64,000 nucleotides of DNA from Callorhinchus milii (Eukaryota), in contig NW_024704742.1 in the NCBI RefSeq assembly GCF_018977255.1, positions 126,730,001 to 126,794,000 on the forward strand. The letters run 5' to 3'. How positions within the stretch are numbered: the first letter of the stretch is position 1; each line of letters begins with the position of its first letter. The position numbers were made by a program, and so were the translations under genes. The notes under the pieces were generated by a model. The model had not been told where the DNA came from, did no database searches, and was given only the letters and a program-made list of their open reading frames with translations. Of the stretch, positions 11,910-25,267 are shown one piece after another.

Positions 11910-12985
11910 AACAAGAACAAGCATTTATATAGCGCCCCTCACACATGGTAGCGTCCCAGAGTGCTTGATAGTGACGGAGCACGATGCCGAGCCTGGGGAG
12001 GTGACCGTAGGCATGGTCGAACAGGAAGGTCTTCAGGTGAAGGAAGGGGCAAGGCAGGCAAAGTTACAGAGGAAGAGTGTTCCAGAATTTCAGGGCATAG
12101 TGGCTGAAGGTGCAGCCACTGATAGACACGAGGGACATGCAGAAGGCTGGAGCCAGTCGATTGGAGGCAGTGGGTAGTGGGTTGGGGAATCAGCAGGTCA
12201 GAGAGGTAGGGAGGTTCCAGGGCATGAAAGGATTTGAAAACAAGTGAGAGGATCTTGAAATCAATCCATTCGGCGATAGGGAGCCAGTGGAACCTGGGTA
12301 GAACTGGTGTGATGGGGGTACGGAGTTTAATGAGGGTGAGTATGCGGGCGGCAGAATTTTGGATCAGCTGAGATCCTGTGCATGATGGAGCTGGTGAGAC
12401 GGCAAAGAGGGCATTTGAAAAGTTGAGTCGGGAGGTGCCAAATGCGTTTCAGCTGCATCTGGGGTAAGGTATGGTCAGAGGCGGGCAGTGTGGCAGAGGA
12501 AGGCAGTCCTGGGCAGGGAACAGATGTGGGGAGGGAAGGACAGCTGTGGGTCGAACCTGATGCCTACGTTGTGCACTGGTTCAGTAAGTCCGAGGGATAG
12601 GCTGGGGAGGATGAGGAGGTCAGAGTCGCAGGATGGAAGATATTTACGGGAGCCAATGAGTATAGCTTGCGTCTTGTCAACATTGAGTTGAAGGAAGTTT
12701 TTGTTCATCCAGTCCCTGATGTCCGCCATACAAGCCGATAGAGCATCGGCTAAACTGGAGTCACAGCTGGAGGAGAATAGATTTGTGTGTCATCTGCATA
12801 AATGTGGAAGTTTACCCCACGTCTGCGGATGACATTGCCAAGAGGGAGCATATAGGTGAGGAAGAGGAGTGGGCCAAGGATGGAGCCCTGGCGTACACCA
12901 CAGGTGACTGGGCGGGGGTGGGAGGAGAAACTGTTTGTGGAGATAAAGTGAACATGGTCTGCAGAAACTTGAATAACTTGGTAAA
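11910..12985 (-). mobile_element. L2 LINE 3' part including RT motifs
   Basis: GVRQGSILGPLLF and YADDTQ peptides. Confidence 0.92.
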
Positions 12986-13190
12986 CATTCACATCACCTT
13001 CTCAATTATTCTGTAAAATACAAGTGAGTATTTAGAATTTACTTTTTTCTACCAGAACTATAGATTTATCTGAAATTTATCTTCATATCTAGAATCACAT
13101 TCTAAAATCTAAATATTTATTGTGATTCAACAACCAACGGTTGAAAGCCATTATGTTTCTTAGGGAATCAGAACAGCAAAAATAACTTAC

Positions 13191-13289
13191 ATAATCATCA
13201 ATGGCATCTTTCACAGCTGTTATAATCAACACCAGAAGTAATGGTATAACTGTGGTAGTCCAAGAGAGAGACGAAACTTGTGGAACAAG
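13191..13289 (-). CDS. ATP8B5: ATP8B5-like exon, 99 nt ([33 protein letters not shown]), TM2
   Basis: Conserved TM2 sequence, AG/GT bounded. Confidence 0.95.
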
Positions 13290-14314
13290 CTGAAAGAAGC
13301 ATCAACTTTTTAATATTTCCAGAACAAATTGCAAGAAAAAGATCTTGTAAAAAAACTAAAGCATTCTCTTTATTGTTGGAAGGCCATTATTTTTCTCAGG
13401 ATTGGCTCAATTGGTTGCACTCTACCACTAAATCAGAAGGTTGTGGGTTCAAAACCCACGTTACGACTTTGAGCTCACAGTCCAGGTTGACATTCTGGTG
13501 CAGTGCTGCAGGAACACTGCATTGTCAGAGTTGCAATCCTTTAGATGCCACTTAAAAACAAGGTTTCATCTGCCTGTTCAGGTCGATATCAAAGCTCTAT
13601 TATTTGGAAAGAGAAGAGAGTTTCTCCTCGTCGCATTATCAAATTAGTCACTCATTCATAGTCGTGTTACTGTGTGCAAATTGGCTGCCATGGTCGCCTA
13701 CAAAATACACAGTCAAACTATACCAACTTCACTGGTGGGTTGGCAGTACCCCAGGACACTGCTGATAACAGACCGATCAGCCTGGTTCAGCTGGCAGAAC
13801 TTAGATGGGCAAATTGGGGTAGGGATTCTTCCCACTCAGCTCCTGTTAACCCTGCAAGCGAAAGCCCTGACAGGTAGGGTGATCTTAGCTGGACAAGCTA
13901 AGACAAGGAAGCTTGCCAGATAGTTTTTTATGGCAAGTTATACAGTTTGGACTGGTTAAACTCCATCAGTACTCCAAAATACTCTGAGGGTCTCCCCAAG
14001 CCTTGGCTTTTCCCAATCCATAGCTGCCACTCTCTGGAAGCAGGTAAGCAGGATGCATTCCTCTAAAGAGAGAGTATGCCATTCCATTTCAGACCTGGAA
14101 ATGTCTGTGTGTAGATAGCATACGTGAAACTCTCCATCTGGTTTGGATACTCTTAAGTAAAGTGATGGGTTTCTGCATGTGTCAAGTGACAACAAAAGCC
14201 AAAAAATATATATAAATAAAAGTGATTATATGTATACATATAAAACTATTAAACCCAGATGTTTTTAAAATAGCAAGGTGAACATAAATTGAAAGAAATT
14301 AGAAAAACACTTAC

Positions 14315-14428
14315 CTGCAAAACCAATAAAAATAAAAAATAAGCATTGGCAATTCGTTGGAACTGTTCAAACAAGTTGACTGGCAAAAATGTCAAAACGT
14401 TGTATTTAGAGGTTTTAATGAAATTTTT
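14315..14428 (-). CDS. ATP8B5: ATP8B5-like exon, 114 nt ([38 protein letters not shown]), TM1
   Basis: P4-ATPase TSKY/NLFEQF motifs, AG/GT bounded. Confidence 0.95.
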
Positions 14429-14545
14429 CTGTGAATGAAAAAATGAAAACTAGGTAAGTGCATGCAACTTAGTTAATTCTAAAATATGTAAACTTTTTTC
14501 TAAAAAAACAAAATTACAAGAAATATGGAAATATAAACAGGTTCG

Positions 14546-14870
14546 TGGAGTTCTGTAGCTCAGTGGTTAGAGCACTCGCTTTGCAAGTGAGAGCCCTGAG
14601 TTCAATTCCAGGCAGGGTGAAACCTTGGGCAAGTTTCCTTACTCCACACGCCTAATAATAATCCCTCCAAAACAAAACAATAATAAATTGGTCATTTTCA
14701 ATCTACGACTGTTTGTGGGACATTGCTGTGCGCAATTGGCTGCCGCGTTCGCCCACAAATATACAGTCAATTCACTTTACAGTGTGTTCTGTGAAGCGCT
14801 TTGGGACGTCCTCCCGACGTGAAAAGCGCTATATCAAATGCAAGGATTATTATTATTATTATTATATTAT
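14546..14870 (+). mobile_element. Young tRNA(Ala-like)-derived SINE, full length
   Basis: Head gtagctcagtggttagagcactcgctttgcaag..gagttcaattcc, tail gaaaagcgctatatcaaatgcaagga(tta)n. Confidence 0.93.
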
Positions 14871-16053
14871 TCATTTACACATTTTGATTCAGATTAATTA
14901 ATTGAATAATAGGAAACAGTTTCATTAGAGTTCTTCTCTGCACTTAAGGTGTTAGGATATGACTTGCCCTCTTACATTGGAATGACCAGAATCGTATGCA
15001 ATGCTGTACAATATACGAGGATGGCTTCTGGACATTTTAACTCAACTGATTTGCCAATATTGTCCAACATGATGTTGTTTAATTGCTGTGTATTTTGTCA
15101 GCCTGGCTCAATTGGTATCACTCTCGCCTCTGAGTCAAGAGATTGTGGGTTCAAGCTTGACATTGGGACTTAGAACTCATATAGTCGAGGTAGGCTAATA
15201 CTCCAATGCAGTACCAGGAGATGTCATTCTTCAGCCGAGACATTAAATTGAGGTCCCATCTGCCTGTTTGGGTGGACAGGCAGATGGGGATTAAATATCT
15301 CACGGCACTATTCAAAAAAGGGAGGGAGTTTCTCCTGGTGTCCTGGCCAATAATCACCCAATAAAATTGATGATTCACTTCATGGCTATTTGTGGGTCAT
15401 TGCCATGCACAAATGTGGCTGCCGTGTTTTGCCACAAAACATTTCAATTCACAGTATATCCTGTGAAGTGTTTTGAGATATCCTCCCGTTCTGAAGAGTG
15501 CTATACCAAATTAATTATTATTATTACTGTAAACTGCTTGGAATATATTAATCCCTCCACCTTTCCCTCTCCCTCCCCACCTTCAAATCCCGTCTAAAGA
15601 CCGTCCTTTTTGATCGTGCTTACGGTCACCTCACTCTGTCTTATGTCCGACTCCGCCACTGTGAAGCACTCCGGGAAGCTACTCCGCGTGCAGGGCGCTA
15701 TATAAATGCAAGTTGCTGCATATTTACAAAAAAAAACATTTGTGGCATGGTGACTGAGAAACTATAAATATGAGTTGAACAAATGTTACTCGGAAGATGA
15801 TAGCACTGTTATTCATTCTTGGATGTCGTTGAGCATGAATGCCCAATTAATATCCAATCGTCACTCTCGCCTGTGGGTCAGTGGGTACAATATGGGTACA
15901 ATGCCCCATATTGGGCATTGTAGTTCTTAACAGAACTTACAGAAAATTAGCTTCAAAATTAAGGCTGGTTTTGAGAATGTCCAAATTCTGTTCAATGAAA
16001 TAGTACGTTAATAGAATAAATCTACACCCATTTGGAATATTACTCAGTCTTAC

Positions 16054-16112
16054 CGGATACTCAAATTTCTGATTGTATTCTCTGTCATTTGCCTTTAATT
16101 CCCTGTCTTGGG
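16054..16112 (-). CDS. ATP8B5: ATP8B5-like exon, 59 nt (AQDRELKANDREYNQKFEYP)
   Basis: KANDREYN motif of ATP8B N-termini, AG/GT bounded. Confidence 0.92.
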
Positions 16113-17490
16113 CTGCAGAGTAAAATAAACAACAATTAAATGCAGAGTAAAATAAACAATCATTACAGGTAAATAAATACAACTAAACTGAGTTCACTTC
16201 ATGCTTTGTAACTTTCTCATCATGTTATGGAACCATAGAAATTTATGGCACAGAAGTCATTTTGCCCACCCTGTCTGTGTCAGCTCCTTTAAAAGTAATG
16301 TGTTCAGTCCCATTTACCTGCCCCACACCCTGCAGTTGATTCCTTTTAAGATATTTATCTAGTTCACTTTTAAAAGTTAATATGGATTTTGCCTCAACTA
16401 TCACTCCCAGCAGGGCATTTCATTTCCTAACTACTGCTCACAGTCACCATTCCTCTCTACTCTTTTTTACTTTCTCCTGTGTCACTAACCCAGAACAAAG
16501 TTATTGAGTTATGTGTGATTTCAGTAGTGGAACTTCCCCCAACAGGTGTTGTTTCTAGGGAAAGTTCCACTGCTGAAATTTCATTGCATTTATTATTTCT
16601 TTCTATTGTAGATCCCGAACCTTCTGAGTTTTATTTGAAAGCATTAACCTAGAGTTAAGCCCTTTCTGTTCCCTCCATGTGGGTAAAGGCACTACCCATT
16701 AGCAATAGTCACAAGAGATGTGGGAGCTCACATGTCCCCGATCTGTCCTAAGACCATGGACCTTTCTGCTATGATTTGTCTCTGGTTTGGTCTGGAGACT
16801 CTTAAGCATAGTGATTTCTGTATGTCAGACACCCAGTTGAGCAAAAAAAGATTTATCTTAGTGCTCGTGATTAGAGAGGCGGAAAAGCAATAAGACTGTC
16901 AGCTCCTGATTAATATCAACAACAACTTGCACTTATATAGTACCCTCCACACAGGGTAGCATTGTAGGGGGGGAGGTGGCCATAAGCACGGTCGAAGAGG
17001 AAGATTTTCAGACGGGACTTGAAAAAGGGGAGAGGGGGCAAGATAGAGAGATCGAGGGAGAGTGTTCCAGAGATATCCAGGGACAGACAGAACCCCTTCC
17101 CTTTCAGGCACTATATAAATGCAATTTGTTGATATTCTTCTTCTTTCAAACCAATTTTGTGATCCTGTTGCAAGCGGTTAATTGATGGGCTGAAGCGTGT
17201 GCAGCATCGTAGCATTACTCATCTTAGTTTTTTTGTAACCTGAACAAGTCATTTAGCCTAAAAAAATCTCTAACTAATTGTTTTTAGATGTTATTAGCCT
17301 GAATTTCCTCTTTGTACCAACTGCGTTTGAAATCAAGCCTCCTTTGGATTTTTGCTTTGCCCTGTCTCTCCCGAAATATAAACTTATGCAGTATCCTAAT
17401 ATCACTATAGTCCTATTTCTTAGCATTCTGTGTAATCCCACTCCACTGTTGACTAAACAAGTGCTATAAAAATGCATGTTCTTATTTTAC

Positions 17491-17533
17491 CTATCTGTTT
17501 GGGCTTCTTTGAAGTTATATAAAGGCGCGACAT
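17491..17533 (-). CDS. ATP8B5: ATP8B5-like P4-ATPase, first coding part (MSRLYITSKKPKQI); exon spans 17491-17569
   Basis: Acceptor ttctttaacag at 17570, in-frame TAA upstream of the ATG, and a phase-1 donor that matches the phase-1 entry of the next exon. Layout parallels the short ATP8B4 N-terminus. Confidence 0.7.
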
Positions 17534-19769
17534 CCCAAAGGTTGTTTAATCTATAAATCCATGGAATGTCTGTTAAAGAAGAAACAATAAACACAATTAT
17601 AGGTTTAAAAAACAAGATTGCACAATGGCAGGTATAAAAGCACTTTGAACAATTTAAATGTTAAGTGTTAAATTAGCAATGCAAATTCCAATGTACCATG
17701 GTCACTTATCACAATCAATAAGATATTGTAAATGAAATCATTGTAAAGCTGAAATAATCAGTTAGCAACAACAAGGTTACATTTACATAACGTCTTTCAC
17801 ATTGGGAGAATGTCCCAAGGTGCTGGGTTAAGAATCTAGACAGGTGGGAAATAAGGCACTTTTCAGTCAATATGAAGTATACCACTGATTGGAAAATGGC
17901 AATGGCAATTAATGGCAATTAAATGCAATTAAATTAAATGGCAATTAAATCTAAAAAATTTCCAAAAATGTGTGAAGAACAAGTTCCTGGAGAGTAAAGT
18001 GGCTCAGTTTGTGAAGACTGACTTGGCAAGAGCTCATTCATAAGATCAGAACCAGCAGAAATTCTTAAAACTATGCATTACCAGGAAACCATTAGAGACT
18101 GTTACATTATGATAAATTAGTTACTAGGTCCAGAAAAAAATGCTATTATAAAAGTGTGGGATAACTGCACAAGCGTTTGCTAATATGAATTCCTGGTTAG
18201 GGCGCAACCTTAGGCAACTTTCCTTGCTCCTCACACCTCTGTTTACCAGCTGTTAGTTTGCCACAATCAAGGGAACTCACAAGGGTTTGACTCCAACCAG
18301 GCTTGTCGAGAGATCAGAAAAGTATTCTGATCACATCTTACTTTGACTCTGAGATGTCTTATAGTTAATGAGAAATCCCAGATGATGGAATACAATAAAG
18401 AATTGTTGGACTGATGCCCAGATGATAAGTAGATCTGATGAAGCAATCATTTATATAGGCAGAGACAGAGAAATATTGTATATATAGATGTCCTGTAACA
18501 ATCGATAAGCATTTTTGAACATAATAGGGGCAAATTATGCCTATTAAGACCAGGTTTCATTCTGCCTAAATGACACTAAAGCTGCTTTCAGTGCACTACA
18601 TGTTAACTTAAATATCTCTGCAAATAAAATAAATTATTTAAACACATTTTTCTCTTCCACTGTCATTATTAGTATGGGAAAATTACAGATAGAGAAAAAC
18701 AATTTAAAATAAAAAAACCTTGTGTTTTAAGGAGGTGCTAAAGAATAGCCAGGGAATATTCTACATTGGGCAGGAAAAAATAATAAAGAATCAATGTTAG
18801 GCCATTGCCTTTATCAGTCTGAGTCTAATTGGTAATGGCCAAATTCTCATGCAGAAGATATGTGGTCCAGCAGAGGGCATCACAGTAAAAATATATATCT
18901 ACTCAAGAAGAAACATATGTTAATAAGATTAGTGATATTATTATTACTAGTTCAGATAAATATGGACTATATACACGTACTGTGCATCAAATGGACTGTC
19001 ACCTCCTCAAAAATGTGTTTGAGGTTGGTCAAACTACACCAACTATTTCTGAACCCATGTCAGCTCTCATATTTTTGAACAAATAATTCTTCACTTCTGA
19101 CAATTGCCAGTTATCTCAGTCATGCTAGTATGTCTATCGTTGTCAGGTACAGTTCTGGCACCTTTCTGGATTATGGGAACAATATTTGCTTCCTTCCATC
19201 CGGTTAGAACCTCCCCAGTGATGATTAACTTTCACAATATCTGGGTGACGGGGTTAAACCCTGTCACTGCTTGTTACGGTTATTGGTTCTCAACCTATGT
19301 GTAAAGAAGTTACTTGGTAAAAGGTGCCACAATCAAGAAAACTCACAAGGGTTGGACTCCAACCAGGCTTGTCTAGGGAGAAGCAAGAAGAGTCTGGATG
19401 TAAAAAGGTAGATCTTCCTTTTCAAAAATAAACCTTTCTTTTTATTGTTAAAACTGTTGAGCAAGTTTTGTTTCTGGTCGTAATCCACATCTTCCTACAA
19501 ATAGTGTCAGAAGTGGGATCGCCTTCGGCTGCAGACGAGCAACTTTTGGCCTTTACGACCTGTGACTTGTACAATAAAAATAAAAGAAGCCTGATTGGAG
19601 TCCAGCCATTGTTAGTTCCCTTAATTGTGGCGCATTTTACCGAGTCACAAAAAAACCCAATACACTCCTTTAACATTGGTTGAGTGTCAATAATCTTAAA
19701 AAGCAGTGACAGGATTATCCCCCTTTCAGACCCTGCAGGGGCTGCACAAATCTCCTTTGTCCCTGAGTA

Positions 19770-20980
19770 CCTGGAGTTGCCAATCAACTTTGCACACACC
19801 TCTCCTCCCACTTCGAACCCCTCCAGTCCAGTTTCCGCTCTGCCCACAACACTGAGACTGCGCTTGTGAAAGTCATAAATGACATCTTCTCTATCTGTGA
19901 CCAGGGCTCCCTCTCCCTCCTTGTCCTCCTGGACCTCTCCGCCGTGTTCGACACAGTCGATCATGCCATCCTCCTCCACCGCCTTTCCTCCGTCATCCAC
20001 CTCAGTGGGACCTCACTCACCTGGTTCGAGTCCTACCTCACAAACCGCCAGCAGTACATCTGCACAAATGGCTTCTCCTCCCGCTCTGACCCGGTCACCT
20101 ACGATGTACGGTGTCAGCCTGCCTGTCAGATCTCAGGGGCTGGATGAGCGCAAATTTCCTTCAGCTGAACGTTGGCAAGACGGAAGCCATACTCTTTGGC
20201 TCTCGTCAACATCTAAAATCTCACGGGTCTCACCTCCTCCACCTACCTGACCTTCCTCTAAAACTCTCCGAACCTGTACGCAATCTAGGCATCAGGTTCA
20301 ACCCCCAATTATTCTTCCTCCCCACATCCGGTCCCTCACCAGCACCGCTTTCTTCCACCTCCGACGCATCGCCCCCCTCCGCAAATACCTCTCTGAAAGC
20401 CGCTGAAACCCTAGTCCATGCCTTTGTCACCTCTCAGATGGATTATTCTAATGCCCTCCTCGCTGGTCTCCCATCCACTATCATCCATAAAACTCTGCCG
20501 CCCGCATTCTCACACGCACCAAACTCCGCTCCCCGATCACCCCAGTCCTTGCCAGACTGCACTGGCTGCCTGTCCCAGAGAGGATTGACTTCAAGATCCT
20601 CACCCTTGTATTCAAATCTCTCCACTCCTCTGCACCCCCCGACCTCTCTGACCTCCTCTCTCCTCAAAACAGTACCCGTTGCTTCGTTCCTCCGGGTCTG
20701 GCCTCCTCCTCGTTCCCCGAGTCCTCCGCTCCACCCTCCGCGGCCGTGCCTTCAGTCACTATGCCCTGAGGCTCTGGAACTGCCTTCCTCACTCCCTTCA
20801 TCTCACTCCCTCCCTTCCTATTTTCAGGTCTCTGCTGAAGACCTTTCTTTCCAACCGCGCCTTTGGTCACCTTCCTCCCCCTCCCCCTGGCTCGGCGCCA
20901 GGATCCGTTACTGTAAAGCACTCTGAGACGCCGTCCGGCGTGGAGGGCGCTATATAAATACAAGTTGTTGTTGTTGTTGC
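19770..20980 (+). mobile_element. L2 LINE 3' part with (GTT)n tail
   Basis: LLVLLDLSAVFDTVDH and FLQLNVGKTEAIL peptides. Confidence 0.92.
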
Positions 20981-21048
20981 AGTTGATTTGATGATTTGAA
21001 GCTCCTTGAGTTTATCTTGAATCTCAGCCTCACTTATACTGTATGATT

Positions 21049-21665
21049 ACAACAACAACAAAATTACATTTGTTTTGCGGCTTTCACTTCGGAAGGATGT
21101 CCCAAGGCGCTGGACAATCAGTGTTTCAGAACCGAGCTGGGGGTCAGCATCGGGGAGGGTGGAGAGCGGGTGGGGGGAGGGGGGGGTGGAATGAGGGTGA
21201 CCGAATGCACAGTCGATGAGGAGGGTCTTGAGAAAGGTCTTTAAGGAGGCGAGGGGGCGAGGTGGATGGACTGCAAGTTCCAGAGGGTGTGGGCAGAGTG
21301 TCAGAAGGACCGCCCACCAATGGTGGGGCGGGCTAGACTGGGGACGTGGAGCAGGCCGGAGCCCGCTGAGCAGAGAAAGTGGGCAGGTTGGGTTAGGGTT
21401 AGAAGGTCACAGAGGTAGGAGAGAGCAAGGCCGTGGAGGGCTTTGAAGGTGAGGACCAGCATCTTGAACCGTATTCTCTGTGTGACAGGAAGCCAATGGA
21501 GGATGGGGGTGATGGGTTGCAGAGCCTGGTGTGGGAGAGGACACAGGCTGCAGAGTTCTGGATGAGCTGCAGCCTATGGAGGGAGGAGTTAGAGAGGCCG
21601 ACAAGCAGTGTGTTTGCATAGTCCAGCCTCAATATAATGAAGGTGTGTATGAGGGTTTCAGCAGT
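21049..21665 (-). mobile_element. L2 LINE 3' fragment, tail-to-tail with the previous copy
   Basis: RLDYAN..IQNSAA peptide and CAA tail. Confidence 0.9.
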
Positions 21666-21699
21666 CTGTCAAGGTTAACTGCTCCAAGTTGTTACCTGC

Positions 21700-22252
21700 A
21701 AGAAGGGCGCTACATAAAGTTGACAATTGCACACAGCAGTATCCCACGAACAGTTGTGGATTAAGTTTTTGTGTGTGTGTGTGTGTGTAGGGATTATTAG
21801 ATTATTAGATTATTCAGAACCCTCTCCCGCACCAGGCTTCGGGAACCTATCACCCCCGTTCTTGCCCGGCTTCACTGGCTCCCCATTCCTCAAAGAATTG
21901 AGCACAAAACCCTCGTTCTTCCCTTCAAGGCCCTCCACGGTTTTGCTCCTCTACCTCTCCAACCTCATAACCCATATCAGCCTGTCCGCTCCCTCCTTTC
22001 GTCAGACACCGGTGCCTGCTTCAGGTCCCCTGCACTTCCCGGGGGGGGGGNAGTGTAATTTGTTGTCATTACTCCCGGAAAGCGATGCGACAATCAATTA
22101 ACAAGCGGGTTCCTACTAACTGTTAGGTAAACAGAGGCGTGTGGAGTAAGGAAATTTGCCTGAGGTTTCGCCCTACCCGGGAATCAAGTGAAATTGAACG
22201 CGGGTCCTCGCTTGCAAGGCGAGCGCTCTAACCACTACGCTACGGGACTCCA
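21700..22252 (-). mobile_element. tRNA-SINE interrupted by an L2 fragment (~21810-22040)
   Basis: SINE head at ~22140-22252 and core at ~21720-21760, with L2-like sequence in between. Confidence 0.7.
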
Positions 22253-22679
22253 CTGTGCTTCTAACTTTGCAAATTCTTTCTTTACCAAAAGTAAAATTTA
22301 GTCAACCTCATTATGACATGGTTGTCTGGGTCTATAAGGGCAGACCCCCACTCCCCCCGCTCCCCACACACACTGGATTTAAACAAAGACAAGAAAAGGC
22401 AGATTTCTTGGTAGATCCCGCTGATCTCACGTCCTGCTTACTGCAAAACAATGTCAGCGGTATTTCCTGCACATGTCTTACGAGGAGACGCAACAAAAGA
22501 TAAAGTACTACTTTACTTTAAGGACACCATATAAGTAAAAGTTGTTGTTCAGCAGTCTATGTCGTCTTTCTAAGTTTGGAATCCTGTAGTTTAGTGGTTA
22601 GAGTACTCGCCTCACAAGCGAGAGGACCTGGGTTCGATTCCCAGGCAGGGGGTACTTTGTGATGGCATCTTTTATTAAT

Positions 22680-23030
22680 ATAATAATACTTGCATTTGAT
22701 ATTGCGTCTTATCACGTCATTGAGATGCCTCAAAGCGTTTCACAGAATATATTGCAGAGTTGACTGTATACTTTGAGGGTGAAACATGGCAGCCAATTGC
22801 ACACAGCAGAGTTCCACAAACAGTGGTGGATTGAGTGACCAAGATTTTTTTTTGGAGGGACTCTGGAAAGCGAACCTCCAATCACTTAACGATCGGGTTC
22901 TTACTTACTACTAGGTAAACAGGTGTGTGGAGTAAGGAAACATGCCTAAGATTTTGCTCTGCCCAGGAATCGAACTTGAGTCCTCTTGTTTGCGAGTAGA
23001 GCGCACTAACCACGACACTATGGGACTCCA
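22680..23030 (-). mobile_element. tRNA-SINE, older copy, preceded by a + strand SINE head at 22577-22650
   Basis: Similarity to the SINE consensus in this window. Confidence 0.8.
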
Positions 23031-24327
23031 CAGGATGGGTAGGGTACATGAGGGAAATTGAAAGAAATCAATGTACCAACTGAATAGAACCCCATAACAA
23101 TTTGCACTTGATGCTATTTTTAAAAATGTCAAAACCAATTAATCAGTGTGGCATTGACGATTGTTTGAAAAACACAAGGTATTTTGATGGTTGTCTTCAA
23201 TTATATTGAAAGTAACATCTCTACCAACCTGGCAGCTTAATATTAAAAAAAAAGAAAAATAATTTCCTTACCTTCACATCAATCCCAATTGTATTTTGCA
23301 GCTTGTACCTTACTCAGTGGTAGTTCAAAGAAGAGGAAGAATGCTTAATAACTCCAAACCTTAATAATGCAAACTATGTCGTCTGTTACTGCCACCAAAC
23401 ACTAACAATCAAGTACTGTATGTCCATATTCTAATAAATTTTCATCAAATGTTGGTTTAATTTGTAAGCTATGTTCTCAAATGGAAATAGGAATAATATA
23501 CATATATATTCAGGTAGTTGAAAGGCTGCGTTTGAACTATTGGCTGGTAGGTACACAAAGCAATGTTAATGACGAGGTGGGTGGAACATGGTACAAGCTA
23601 GCACTCAGCAAATAAAGTAATTGATCGTTGGACCTGTTTGCCCATTATATCAGGTGTGCAAACACCTGAAAAAACATTTGTTCAATAACTGCTAAGTTTA
23701 GTCAGTCCACCAATGCTGAACGTTGGAAAGAATACAATACAAATTTACATTTATATAGTGGGAGAACGCCCCAAAGCGTTTCATAGTCTACTGGGAGCCC
23801 AAGCAGAATGCAATTTGTGCACTATTCCACAATTTACAGGACACAATTCTAACTGATCAAAAACTACAATCAAATCAATTAAATTCTGGCACTACAATTG
23901 TTAATATTGTACCATATAAAAACAATGCTGAGAACAAAACTAGACCAATAGTTGGTACAGAAGGCAAAACTGCTGATAAATTATAGTTGCAAAAGAAAAT
24001 TTACTTCTAAAATATCAAATAGTGGTTTTGTAATTGTTTAAGAATTTATAAAGAAATATGAAGCATATCACATTGTTGTAAAAAGAAAAATTAGGATCAG
24101 ACTCTAGCAACAATAAACAATTGTAAGTGGACAAACAGACAGTAATAACACATAGAATGCAAATGCAACTTTCCACTCAATTAATATGGGGAGAAATTCA
24201 CCTGGATCTATTTAGTTTAATCTATTCAGTTTGTAGCATTTGTCAAATTCTTAAATACAGTCTTAGTTTTTAAGCCAATTTTTTGTAAGTTCTTTTAATT
24301 TTTTTTTAAGAACAGAAAACCACATTT

Positions 24328-24887
24328 GAAGTTAAGACTGAATTCAACAATTTGGCAAATTGTACATTCTCTAAGATGATTAAATTAGATTAAATCATGA
24401 TACCTGGGCCACACAGTTCTATGTTAGTTAAACCTTGTGGATGGTGGAACTAGGGACCAGAAATAATAATAATAATAATAATCCTTGCATTTGATATAGC
24501 GCTTTTCATGTCGGGAGGACGTCCCAAAGCACTTCACAGAACACACTGTAAAGTGAATTGACTGTATATTTGTGGGCGAAAGAAGTGTGTTTAAGAAATC
24601 AAGGTAGATGAGGGCTCCAACAGTAGATTCGGAGGCAAGACAGCAAGGTCCCAGTGCAGGTCAAGCTTGTGGCATACAAGACCTGTGTGCAAACAAACCT
24701 CCTTTATGGATCTGAGCTCCAAAGGATGCACAGTTCTGTGCTGCCCGTATCCTTACGTGCATCATACTATGTGAATCGTAAAATATATACTTCTTTGTAA
24801 ATAAACTGTTCGGGTATCTTGATTTAATCTAAAAAGCATCTTAGAGAATGTACAATTTGCCAAATTATTGAATTCAGTCTTAACTTC
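24328..24887. repeat. ~75-bp inverted repeat pair (24328-24405 / 24811-24887) enclosing a SINE tail fragment
   Basis: gaagttaagactgaattcaacaatttggcaaattgtacattctctaagatg versus catcttagagaatgtacaatttgccaaattattgaattcagtcttaacttc. Confidence 0.85.
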
Positions 24888-25267
24888 CTCCGACCTATCT
24901 GCAAAGTCCAGGGTAAGCAGTGAAGTGGATTTGTGGTAAACACAGGAAGTAGCTACAGGGAGGGAGGGCTCCGGCTTACACTGACCTGTCGCTACCCTGG
25001 AGGCGGAGGCGGCTTCTCAGCGGGCACATCTGTTTGCCAAGGCCCCTCGCATGAGGACTTGGATTGAGCAACTGATGCTGAGTAAGCCTGGTACATGGTA
25101 TTGGGCTTGGACTTCAAGAAGATCAAGGTACCTATCACGTCACAAGCTATCCTGTAAAGGTCCTCCCATCACACTAAGTCAGATGCCCTCCAGATATGTG
25201 AACATACGTTCGTATGTCCAACACCTAGAATCCAACCTGATTGGCCTGCAGAGCAAGCAGCTGCTGC

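Noticed and set aside
15897..15922. 10-bp-arm palindrome TACAATGCCC/GGGCATTGTA
   Set aside because: Too short, and probably a local slippage or repair scar.
19422..20000. 192-aa minus-strand ORF
   Set aside because: Its first ~75 codons are antisense L2 and the remainder has no recognisable similarity.
23272..23312. Possible extra 41-nt flippase 5' exon (ctgag|...GTGAAG|gtaag)
   Set aside because: The donor is good but the GAG acceptor is weak and there is no homology. It cannot be supported without transcript data.
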